NCBI GenBank assembly: GCA_030431785.1
Contig: JAUIIM010000002.1
Coordinates: 37,927-101,926 of the forward strand
Length of the DNA stretch: 64,000 nucleotides
DNA from: Acidimicrobiia bacterium
GTDB lineage: Bacteria > Actinomycetota > Acidimicrobiia > Spongiisociales > UBA5794
Direction: 5' to 3'
The notes under the pieces were generated by a model that ran no database searches, had not been told where the DNA came from, and was given only the letters and a program-made list of their open reading frames with translations. Made by a program: the position numbers and the translations under genes. Below, in pieces: positions 26,046 through 33,543 of this stretch (its first letter is position 1; every line of letters begins with the position of its first letter).

Positions 26046-27299
26046 ATGGGGTTACCCTGCAACGCCATGACCATGTCCCCCTACGGGCCGCACGTCGCGC
26101 CCACACAACGCGTGCCAGCCTCAGTGCGCCGAGTGATCTTCCTCACCGCACTCATCGGATTCGTCGCCGGATACGGTGCGAGCCAGATGTCCCACACCCT
26201 CCCGTTCGCCCGGAATTCTCTCGATCTCACCGAAGGTCAGATGAGCACCATCTTTGCCGGTGTACGCGCTGCATCACTCCTCGGCGTCGTGTTTGCGATC
26301 ATGGCGGACCGGATCGGACGGAGGAAGCCTCTCCTCGGTGCATTCGTCGTCTTGTGTTTCGGGAGTCTCGCCACCGCATTCATCCCGTCCGTGCCCGCCT
26401 ATGTCCTGGCACAGGCGTTCGTGCGAATCGCCGTCGTTGCGATCGCAGCGATTTCCATCGTGCTCATCGCCGAGGAGACCCCCGCAGGCAACCGGGCCAT
26501 CGCTCTCGGCATCTACGGTCTTGCCGGGTCTCTCGGCGTCGGCCTCGGCCTCGTCTTGCTGCCGATCGCCGAAGGAAGCGACGAGGCGTGGCGCATCCTG
26601 TTCGGGATCGCATCGCTCGGCCTCCTCATCGTTCCGCTGCTCGCACGATTCCTCCCTGAATCGAAGGCATTCGTGCCGGCTCCTCCGTTCCCGTTCCTGA
26701 AGGCACTCTCCATGGGACTCGGCAAGCACTTCTGGCCGTTGGCCGGTGTCGCGTTCTTCGTCGCTGCGTTCTCCAGCCCGGCGTTCGATTTTGTCCTCGA
26801 GCGCCTGATCAACGACCTCGCATGGGACACCGGGGCGGCACGCTTCCTCTTGATCGTGTTCTCCGGAGTCGGCACTGTTGGGCTCCTCGTCGGCGGGCGC
26901 CTGGCCGACCGCATCGGACGCCGACCGACCACCGCCATCGCCTTGGCGATAGGACTCGTCGGAGGCGTCGGGTTCTACCTGCTCGATTCGGGCTGGTTCC
27001 TCGCCATCTCGATCTTCCTCGCAACATTGGGGGCCACGATGCTCACGCCGTCGTTCGCAGCACAGAAGGCCGAGCTCTTCCCAACCCGACTCAGGTCGAC
27101 CGCCGGTGGATGGATCACGAACTCCGGCATCGTGGGTTCGATTGCGGGCTTCACGGTGGGCGGGATGATGATCGACCGATATGGGCTCGCCACGACGGTT
27201 GCGGCGCTCTCGCTCGGACTGCTCATCTCGATCTTCCTGAACCTCAGACTGCCGGAGACGAGGGGGATGGATCTCGTCCGGCGGCCAGAACCCCGTTGA
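26046..27299 (+). CDS. MFS transporter
   Basis: Twelve hydrophobic segments. The MFS loop signature occurs twice (IMADRIGRRKP and GGRLADRIGRRPT). The track ORF starts at 25683 through the repeat array. The real start is the ATG at 26046 or 26067. Confidence 0.85.
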   Translation: MGLPCNAMTMSPYGPHVAPTQRVPASVRRVIFLTALIGFVAGYGASQMSHTLPFARNSLDLTEGQMSTIFAGVRAASLLGVVFAIMADRIGRRKPLLGAFVVLCFGSLATAFIPSVPAYVLAQAFVRIAVVAIAAISIVLIAEETPAGNRAIALGIYGLAGSLGVGLGLVLLPIAEGSDEAWRILFGIASLGLLIVPLLARFLPESKAFVPAPPFPFLKALSMGLGKHFWPLAGVAFFVAAFSSPAFDFVLERLINDLAWDTGAARFLLIVFSGVGTVGLLVGGRLADRIGRRPTTAIALAIGLVGGVGFYLLDSGWFLAISIFLATLGATMLTPSFAAQKAELFPTRLRSTAGGWITNSGIVGSIAGFTVGGMMIDRYGLATTVAALSLGLLISIFLNLRLPETRGMDLVRRPEPR

Positions 27300-28602
27300 G
27301 ATACCACCACGCGAGAGTGACGAGCCTCACCACCGTCAACACCCCGAGCGCCGTCCAAACCCCGACGAGCGAATCGCCGATCACCAGCAACGAGGCAACC
27401 GTTGCGACACTCGCCAGCACCATGAACCCTGCCAGATAGCGGAACACCGCGGCACCGATGGCAACGCCGTCCCAGACGTACACGAGGGCGGTGAGCGGCT
27501 GCAGGATCACAACGAACGGATAGATCGACCACAGGGCGTCGGTGACCTCGGGTTCGAGCGAGAAGAGCCGGGGAATCAGGGGTGCCGCAGCAACCGTCAG
27601 GACCGACAGCCCGACACCTGTCATCAGCCCGAGTGCCAGCAACCGGTTCGACACATCCCGCGCTGCGGAAGGGTCCTCGGCTCCGAGGTCCGAACCCACC
27701 ATCGCCGTCGCTGCCACGGCGAACGAATCGAGGACGAACGCGAGAAACAGCCAGACTTGGAGCGCGACCTGATGCGCGGCCGTGTCGACCGCCCCCAACT
27801 GGCTCGCAAACCACGTGGTGGCGGTGATCGCCGTGAGCAGAGCGATCGATCGGATCATCATGGGCCATCCCTTGGCGACCACACTCCCCGCCCGGACGCT
27901 GTCCCACGTCACGGATCCACGTCCGATGCCAAGCGTTGGGCGGTCACGGACGAGGATCAACCACAGGAACCAGACGGCGGCAGTCGCCTGTGCGAACACG
28001 GTGGCCCAGGCTGCCCCGGCGATCCCGAGCCCGAAGCCGAAGATGAGGATCGGGTCGAGCACGAGATTGATCGCATTCATGCCGACAGCGACGACGAGCG
28101 GAGTCCGCGTGTTGTGATAGCCGCGATAGATGCCATGTCCGGCCGTGGTCACCAACATCACCGGGAGGGCGAGGAACCGGATGCGCAGGTAGATCGTGGC
28201 GTCGTCGATCACCTCCGGAGCTGCGCCGAACCAACTCGCGATCACCGGTGCGGCGAGGACGAACACCGCAGCCAGCACCACGCCGATCACTGCGGACACA
28301 CCGAGACCCCCGACTGCGATCGCTCCCGCACGCCCGAGCTCGTTCCTTCCGTACTCGGCAGCGATCAGCGGTGTCAGCGTCATCTGGATGAAGTTGAAGA
28401 CCGAGAACACCGCGGCGAACACGGCTCCTGCGATGGCAAGCGCTGCCAATGCTTCGGTTCCGAGCCGTCCGACCCATGCCGTGTCGACGATCGTCACCAC
28501 GGGGTCGATCGCAAGTGTCCCGAGGGCAGGCCATGCGAGAGCAGCGATCGCCCCATCGCGCACATTGCGACGGAACGCCGCACGTATCGATGCGAAGGTC
28601 AC
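27244..28602 (-). CDS. MATE family efflux transporter
   Basis: N-terminus WPALGTLAIDPVVTIVDTAWVGRLGTEALAALA is typical of MATE/DinF, with ~12 TM segments. I prefer the GTG at 28602, which overlaps the nth stop (GTGA). The track start at 28731 lies inside nth. Confidence 0.85.
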   Translation of the reverse strand: MTFASIRAAFRRNVRDGAIAALAWPALGTLAIDPVVTIVDTAWVGRLGTEALAALAIAGAVFAAVFSVFNFIQMTLTPLIAAEYGRNELGRAGAIAVGGLGVSAVIGVVLAAVFVLAAPVIASWFGAAPEVIDDATIYLRIRFLALPVMLVTTAGHGIYRGYHNTRTPLVVAVGMNAINLVLDPILIFGFGLGIAGAAWATVFAQATAAVWFLWLILVRDRPTLGIGRGSVTWDSVRAGSVVAKGWPMMIRSIALLTAITATTWFASQLGAVDTAAHQVALQVWLFLAFVLDSFAVAATAMVGSDLGAEDPSAARDVSNRLLALGLMTGVGLSVLTVAAAPLIPRLFSLEPEVTDALWSIYPFVVILQPLTALVYVWDGVAIGAAVFRYLAGFMVLASVATVASLLVIGDSLVGVWTALGVLTVVRLVTLAWWYLNGVLAAGRDPSPSSPAV

Positions 28603-29282
28603 GAGGTCGGTCGCCGGGTCTTCGGCTCGAAAGGGCAGCGGTCCCGCAACGCACAGTCCCAGCATCGTGGGGTACGCGCATCGCAGGTGTCGCGTCCGAA
28701 CTGGATCATGCGCATCGATGCGCCACCCCACTGATCCTTGCGAAGCAGGCCCATGAGATCGAACTCGATCTTCACGGGATCAGTGTGCTCGGTGAGCCCC
28801 AGACGGTTCGAGACCCGTTTGACGTGGGTGTCGACGGCGATCGCCGGCTCGTTCCACATCTCCGCGAGGACCACGTTGGCCGTCTTCCGGCCCACCCCCC
28901 GCAACGTCACCAGTTCGTCCCGGTCCATCGGGACCTCACCGCCGTATCGGTCAACGAGATCACCTGCGAGGGCGATGATCGACTTGGTCTTCTGACGGTA
29001 GAAGCCCGTGGAGAAGATGATTTCTTCGACGTCCTCCGGGTTCGCACCAGCGAGGTCTTCCGGGGTCGGGTAGCGCTCGAAGAGGACGGGAGTGACGGCG
29101 TTGACGTTCTCGTCCGTCGTCTGCGCCGACATCACGGTCGCAACGAGGAGTTGCCATGCGTCGTCGTAGGCAAGGGCAGTCCCCATCTCCGGATACAACT
29201 TCACGAGGCGGTTGTAGATCACGCGAGCGTTGCGCTTCTCTTCTGTCGTGAACTCCGGGATGATCTCTTTCGATGCAGCCAT
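28599..29282 (-). CDS. nth: endonuclease III
   Basis: LLVATVMSAQTTD, HhH LVTLRGVGRKTANVVL, catalytic DTHV, and Fe-S cluster loop CDARTPRCWDCALRDRC. The ATG at 29282 is preferred over the longer track ORF. Confidence 0.92.
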   Translation of the reverse strand: MAASKEIIPEFTTEEKRNARVIYNRLVKLYPEMGTALAYDDAWQLLVATVMSAQTTDENVNAVTPVLFERYPTPEDLAGANPEDVEEIIFSTGFYRQKTKSIIALAGDLVDRYGGEVPMDRDELVTLRGVGRKTANVVLAEMWNEPAIAVDTHVKRVSNRLGLTEHTDPVKIEFDLMGLLRKDQWGGASMRMIQFGRDTCDARTPRCWDCALRDRCPFEPKTRRPTS

Positions 29283-29315
29283 ACCGAGCGATGGTACCGC
29301 CGGTATCGTGGGCTC

Positions 29316-29759
29316 ATGATCGTCGAGTCCACCACCATCGACCGGCTTCGTGGCTCCTACGCGAGCTGTTTCGGGTGCGGGCTGGACAACCTGCACGGGC
29401 TGCAGCTGGACGGGTTCGAACGCGACGGCGACCGCGTGACGACGGTTGTGGAGATCCCTGAGCGTTTCTGCGGTTTCGAGGGTGTCGTCCACGGCGGAGT
29501 TGTCGCCACGACCCTCGACGAGATCTCCGCATGGGCAGCGATGCTCACCGAGGGGGTGTTCGTGTTCACCGCACGGCTGGACATCTCCTACCGGAGAAAG
29601 GTTCCGGCATCGGAACGTCTCGAACTGCGCGCCGTCGTGCGAGAACGCCGGAGCCGTAGGTTGGCGATCGAAGCCGAGCTATGTGCCGATGACGTCACAC
29701 TGGCCTCTTCCGAAGGGCTATTCGTCGTGGCCGGTGCGATCGACGATCTGATCGATTAG
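29316..29759 (+). CDS. PaaI-family (hotdog fold) thioesterase
   Basis: C-terminal 147 aa of track ORF 28449..29759: CFGCGLDNLHGLQL.., VVHGGVVATTLDEISAWA. The upstream 289 aa are antisense to nth/MATE and were rejected. Confidence 0.75.
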   Translation: MIVESTTIDRLRGSYASCFGCGLDNLHGLQLDGFERDGDRVTTVVEIPERFCGFEGVVHGGVVATTLDEISAWAAMLTEGVFVFTARLDISYRRKVPASERLELRAVVRERRSRRLAIEAELCADDVTLASSEGLFVVAGAIDDLID

Positions 29760-30205
29760 CCGAACATGGCGGCGACAGCGACGCCGAACGCAATGAAGGC
29801 GAACCCGCCGATGACCTGCCAGAACGCCCGTGGGTTGGCCTCGGGCCGTAGTCCCTCGCGGAGTCGGTCCTGGGGCGATCGACGCTGCCGGCCCGTCCAC
29901 GACTCCCCGAGGTCTTCGTCCGCCTCGTCAGTCCTCCGCGAACCGAACATCGCTCCGGCCGCACCGATACCGAGACTGGTGTAGCCGCCGCCGGTCGCAC
30001 CACCGGCAAGCAACATGACGATGCCGATCGTGACGATCGTGTACCCGACCGCTGCTCCCACAGCGACATCCCAGATCAGGGAGATGACGAAGCCGATGAC
30101 GATCCCTGCTCCAACCCCGGCACCGAACACCGCGAGGTACTCAGGAAGGCGATCCCGAAGGGGAAGCTCGATCTCGTCTGGAGCGTCACTGAAGTCGTTG
30201 GTCAT
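29756..30205 (-). CDS. hypothetical membrane protein (Gly/Ala-rich TM segments)
   Basis: ORF track. Three to four hydrophobic segments and a charged central loop. No family recognised. Confidence 0.55.
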   Translation of the reverse strand: MTNDFSDAPDEIELPLRDRLPEYLAVFGAGVGAGIVIGFVISLIWDVAVGAAVGYTIVTIGIVMLLAGGATGGGYTSLGIGAAGAMFGSRRTDEADEDLGESWTGRQRRSPQDRLREGLRPEANPRAFWQVIGGFAFIAFGVAVAAMFG

Positions 30206-30216
30206 CGCAAACGAGG

Positions 30217-30480
30217 CTACCTGACGCGACTGCGCTCCATGCGCTGAAGCAGCCGGACACAGCCAGCGATCGCAAACCCGAGAGCGGTGGCGACGGCGAC
30301 GAGGATCAGCCCGAGTTCCAGAATCGCAAAGGGCGACGTGCTACACGTGCCGAGTCCGTCCGGACACAAACCGAGCCCGGAACCACCGAGGACCAGGTCG
30401 AACAGGGCGATCGCCGGGAGCGCCACCACGACGGCGAACGCCGCGATCAGTGCACCGAGAACGAACCGGATGGCGGTCAT
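30217..30480 (-). CDS. hypothetical small membrane protein (2 TM, Cys-containing loop)
   Basis: ORF track. MTAIRFVLGALIAAFAVVVALPAIALF..CPDGLGTC..ILELGLILVAVATALGFAIAG. Lies 12 nt upstream of the next membrane-protein gene. Confidence 0.5.
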   Translation of the reverse strand: MTAIRFVLGALIAAFAVVVALPAIALFDLVLGGSGLGLCPDGLGTCSTSPFAILELGLILVAVATALGFAIAGCVRLLQRMERSRVR

Positions 30481-30487
30481 GCGGGCA

Positions 30488-30612
30488 GGATAGGACGAGG
30501 ATCACGGGAGCAAGGGACAAAGGGACAAAAGGGACGAAGGGACAAAGGACAAGGGACGAAGGGACAAAGGGAGCAAGGGACAAAGGGACGAAGGGACGAA
30601 GGGACGAAGGGA
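30488..30612 (+). repeat. GGGACRAA-type octamer tandem array (~13 units)
   Basis: Read directly: CAAGGGA CAAAGGGA CAAAAGGGA CGAAGGGA CAAAGGA CAAGGGA CGAAGGGA CAAAGGGA GCAAGGGA CAAAGGGA CGAAGGGA CGAAGGGA CGAAGGGA. There are 13 G3 runs between 30506 and 30611. Confidence 0.95.
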
Positions 30613-30651
30613 TCGTGGATCATGGATCATGGATCATGGATCGTGGATGGA
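30610..30651 (+). repeat. GGATCRT heptamer tandem array (6 units, 5 GATC sites)
   Basis: GGATCGT GGATCAT GGATCAT GGATCAT GGATCGT GGATGGA, read directly. It abuts the octamer array. Confidence 0.95.
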
Positions 30652-30653
30652 TG

Positions 30654-30690
30654 TCCGACCATCCGACAATCCGACAATCCGATCATCCAA
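30654..30690 (+). repeat. TCCGAYMA octamer tandem array (4 units plus a partial unit)
   Basis: TCCGACCA TCCGACAA TCCGACAA TCCGATCA TCCAA, read directly. Confidence 0.9.
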
Positions 30691-30755
30691 TTTTTGACGC
30701 TGCCTGCTGGGACGCGGTGCCCGCTATCGTGCGATGCGTGTCCGAGACTCCACCG

Positions 30756-32387
30756 ATGAACCCGTTCCACGTCGAATCGTTCACCGACGCCGAGGCCGCG
30801 ATCCTCAACCGCTACTTCACGAACCTCGACCAGCCCGTGTTCGGCATCACCGGCCTCCCCGAGGTCGTCAAGGGGGCGCTCTTCGCCCGATACAGCCGGT
30901 CGCCCAAGTCCGTCCGACGGCTCTTCCTCGACGAGTTCATCGAAGACGGTGAAACCGGGATCGCAGCCATCGCCGCCCACACCGGGGCGGGTGATCCGTT
31001 GGGGCGGGATCGGGCAGAGCGGCTGTATGACACCGTGTTCACCCAGTACGGGGACGACTCGGTCGCCCAGCTGGGCGGTGCCCACCTCGCCGTCGAGCAG
31101 GCATCGAACATCCTGACGAAGGTCCTGGAGTGGGGTCGCCTCGCTTCGTACCTCGAGCAATCGACCAGGTACATCTTCTACGACCAGCCCCTTGGTGGCC
31201 GATACCGGTATCACACCCCCGCGGAACTCACCGACGACGCACGAGCCACCTACACGCAACACATGGATCGGATGTTTGCGACGTACTCGGATGTCGTGGC
31301 TCGACTCGTCGCCTACTACGAGAAGCTGTACCCGAAGCACGACGGCGACTCTGCGTTCGTATGGCGGTCGACCATCCGAGCACGTGCCTGTGACGACGCA
31401 CGGGGCCTACTCCCAGCCTCGACACTCTCGAATGTCGGGATCTTCGCCTCCGGGCAGGCGTACGAAGCCTTGCTGCTACGGATGCGAGCCCATCCGCTCG
31501 CCGAGGTCCGCTGGTTCGGCGATCTCATGCTCGCCGAACTCCGCAAGCTGATCCCTTCGTTCATGAAGCGAGTGGACGTGCCGGATCGCGGCGGGGTCTG
31601 GTCGCACTACCTCGGCGACATCGACCGGTCGATGCGCGAACTCGCTGCATCCATCGAGATGGACCAGCCATCGGCACCGACCGTGCAACTGGTCGAGTTC
31701 GACCCGGAAGGCGAACGCAAGGTCGCTGCTGCTGCGTTGTATCGCTATTGCAGCGCGTCGGACGCCGTCATCCGCGATGCCGTCGCAAAAATGTCCGAGA
31801 CGGAAATCGATGAAATCTTCGATGCCTACGTCGGGAATCGGACGAACCGTCGACACAAGCCCGGACGTGGCATGGAACAGACCTTCTATCGCTTCGACAT
31901 CCTGTGCGACTACGGCATCTTTCGGGATCTCCAACGGCACCGGATGATGACGATCGAATGGCAACCGCTCTCCCCCGCCCACGGATACGTGACCCCACCG
32001 TCGATCGATGACATCGGGGCGACCGACACGTGGGACGAGGCGATGGCGGCGTCCGCCGATCTCTACGAGGCGATCAGCGCGGCAGCGTCGAGCGACCTTG
32101 CCCAGTATGTCGTCCCGTTCGCCCAGAACATCCGCTTCATCATGAATCTCAACGCTCGAGAAGCGTTCCACCTGATCGAGCTCCGCACGCAGCAGGGTGG
32201 ACACCCCGACTACCGACGCGTCTGCCAAGAGATGCATCGCCAGATCCGCGAGGTCGCAGGACACCAGCGGATTGCCGATGCGATGTCGTTCGTCGACTAC
32301 GACAACTACGACCTGGGCCGTCTGGAGACCGAACGGCGGGCTGCGGCCAAGCGGGCGGCCGCCGGTCTTGGCGATCCCTCAGCGTGA
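30756..32387 (+). CDS. ThyX-like (Thy1 domain) protein, long ~543-aa form
   Basis: ALFARYSRSPKS in the N-terminal half. FRDLQRHRMMT and HLIELRTQQGGHPDYRRV in the C-terminal half recall ThyX motifs. The track ORF starts at 30450 through the repeat arrays. I prefer the ATG at 30756 (MNPFHVESF). Confidence 0.7.
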   Translation: MNPFHVESFTDAEAAILNRYFTNLDQPVFGITGLPEVVKGALFARYSRSPKSVRRLFLDEFIEDGETGIAAIAAHTGAGDPLGRDRAERLYDTVFTQYGDDSVAQLGGAHLAVEQASNILTKVLEWGRLASYLEQSTRYIFYDQPLGGRYRYHTPAELTDDARATYTQHMDRMFATYSDVVARLVAYYEKLYPKHDGDSAFVWRSTIRARACDDARGLLPASTLSNVGIFASGQAYEALLLRMRAHPLAEVRWFGDLMLAELRKLIPSFMKRVDVPDRGGVWSHYLGDIDRSMRELAASIEMDQPSAPTVQLVEFDPEGERKVAAAALYRYCSASDAVIRDAVAKMSETEIDEIFDAYVGNRTNRRHKPGRGMEQTFYRFDILCDYGIFRDLQRHRMMTIEWQPLSPAHGYVTPPSIDDIGATDTWDEAMAASADLYEAISAAASSDLAQYVVPFAQNIRFIMNLNAREAFHLIELRTQQGGHPDYRRVCQEMHRQIREVAGHQRIADAMSFVDYDNYDLGRLETERRAAAKRAAAGLGDPSA

Positions 32388-32591
32388 CAGAGGGATCCTG
32401 AGGACGAGCTCGGTTCCGTCGACTTCCCACGCGGCCGACGAGACCAACGTGTAGTCGAGATAGTCCTGTTCCGCTGCCTCGATGAACTGCTTGCGTGCTT
32501 CACCTTCGAGGGGTGGGATGCCCCGTTCCTTGACAGCTTTCGCACGGCGGGCGAATCGCTCGAGGAAGTCGTCCATATCGAGTGTGGCCAT
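32379..32591 (-). CDS. small hypothetical cytoplasmic protein (70 aa)
   Basis: Track ORF 32379..32639. I prefer the ATG at 32591 (MATLDMDDFLERFARRAKAVKERG), which has GGAG upstream. Charged, helical-looking; no family recognised. Confidence 0.45.
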   Translation of the reverse strand: MATLDMDDFLERFARRAKAVKERGIPPLEGEARKQFIEAAEQDYLDYTLVSSAAWEVDGTELVLRIPLSR

Positions 32592-32688
32592 CGTCAACTC
32601 CGGAGTTCGCGTCTCCGAAGCGTAGGCAAGGAAGAACACCCAAGGCTCAGCCGCAACGGCGAGGCACTGCTCCGCCTACGCTCTCTCC

Positions 32689-33543
32689 ATGCTCACATCG
32701 AAGCTTGTCCTCGTCTCAGGCAAGGGTGGTACCGGCAAGTCAGCCGTGACGGCGGGACTCGCACTTGCCCGGGCCCGACGCGGCGAACGCGTTCTCGCCG
32801 TCGACCTCGGTGACGGACTCGGACTCCACGAGCATCTCGGTACCGGAGTGCTCGACTACGAAGCTCGCAAGGTCAGGCCCGGCGTCTTTGCGCTACGGAT
32901 GGAGCGCGCCGCAGCGCTCGACGAGTACCTCAAGACGCAGCTGCGCGTGCCGTCGAACGCACCGACGGGAGCCGTGACATCAGCATTGTCGGTGCTCGTC
33001 GACACCGCCCCCGGTGTGCGGGAGATCATCAGCATCGGCAAGCCCGTGTACGAGGTGTGGGGTGGTGAATGGGATGCCGTCCTCGTGGACTGCCCGTCCC
33101 TCGGACAGTTCCAGTCCTACCTGCGTGCCCCTGCCGCCATCACGGACCTCGTACCGACGGGCAACGTCCGACGCCAGGCCGGGCGGCTTTCCGACACGAT
33201 CAGCGATCCGGAGACCACGGCCATCGTCCTTGTCGCCCACCCGGAAGAACTTGCCGTCAACGAGGCCGAAGAGGCGCGCTCGCTCATCAGGGCCGAAGGT
33301 GTGGGACCCGAGCCAGCGATGGTGCTCAACCGGGTCGTTGTCGACAACGGTGTGGACGACGAGCTTGCCCGTTCCGCACCCGCCGGCCCACTCCGCGAGG
33401 CCGCCGTACATCAAGTCCAGATCCGTGCCCATCAGCAGACCTGGCGCACCGCGATGGTGGCCTCCTACGAGTTCCCCTTCTTCATCGGCGTCCACACCCC
33501 ACGCGAGATCGCCGAGAAGCTCGCCGACGAGGTGGAACGATGA
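32689..33543 (+). CDS. ArsA/Get3-like P-loop ATPase (first of pair)
   Basis: Deviant Walker A SGKGGTGKSAVTAGLA, Walker B VLVDCPS. Paired with a second ArsA-like gene, as in the mycobacterial Rv3679/Rv3680 arrangement. Confidence 0.8.
   Translation: MLTSKLVLVSGKGGTGKSAVTAGLALARARRGERVLAVDLGDGLGLHEHLGTGVLDYEARKVRPGVFALRMERAAALDEYLKTQLRVPSNAPTGAVTSALSVLVDTAPGVREIISIGKPVYEVWGGEWDAVLVDCPSLGQFQSYLRAPAAITDLVPTGNVRRQAGRLSDTISDPETTAIVLVAHPEELAVNEAEEARSLIRAEGVGPEPAMVLNRVVVDNGVDDELARSAPAGPLREAAVHQVQIRAHQQTWRTAMVASYEFPFFIGVHTPREIAEKLADEVER

Noticed and set aside
25296-26106. Minus-strand ORFs 25296..26024 and 25810..26106, and the N-terminal extensions of ccdA (to 25975) and the MFS gene (from 25683), all reading through the purine-rich array
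   Set aside because: The reading frames stay open only because the repeat lacks stop codons. The 7-9 nt units give no peptide periodicity, and the conserved N-termini of CcdA and the MFS protein begin downstream of the array.
26975-28756. ORFs 26975..27907 - (310 aa), 27757..28734 + (325 aa), 27944..28681 - and 28196..28756 +
   Set aside because: They are out-of-frame or antisense overlaps of the MFS and MATE transporter genes. They are Arg/Gly/Pro-rich with no hydrophobic segments or motifs.
28449-29315. The first 289 codons of track ORF 28449..29759
   Set aside because: This part is antisense to MATE and nth. Only the C-terminal 147 aa (from the ATG at 29316) show the hotdog-fold thioesterase pattern.
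25838-30690. Whether the tandem arrays could be CRISPR arrays
   Set aside because: The units are 7-8 nt and directly abutting, with no spacers. There are no cas genes and no leader-like AT-rich region.
30695-30731. Possible sigma-70-like promoter TTGACG (30695-30700) ... TATCGT (30726-30731) for the ThyX-like gene
   Set aside because: The spacer is about 25 nt, far from the 16-19 nt expected, so I do not call it.
30341-30755. The N-terminal 102 codons of track ORF 30450..32387, and minus ORF 30341..30583 across the triple repeat block
   Set aside because: The reason is the same as above. These are translated repeat DNA (KGTKGQRTRDEGTKG.. and PFVPSSLVLCPFVP..) with no periodicity consistent with a coding repeat. 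The ThyX-like homology begins at MNPFHV (30756).
33069-33539. The 5' extension of the second ArsA-like ORF (track start 33069), and ORF 33014..33802
   Set aside because: They overlap the first ArsA-like gene out of frame. The P-loop N-terminus MTHVVIVTGAGGVGKT starts at 33540 with an ATGA coupling.
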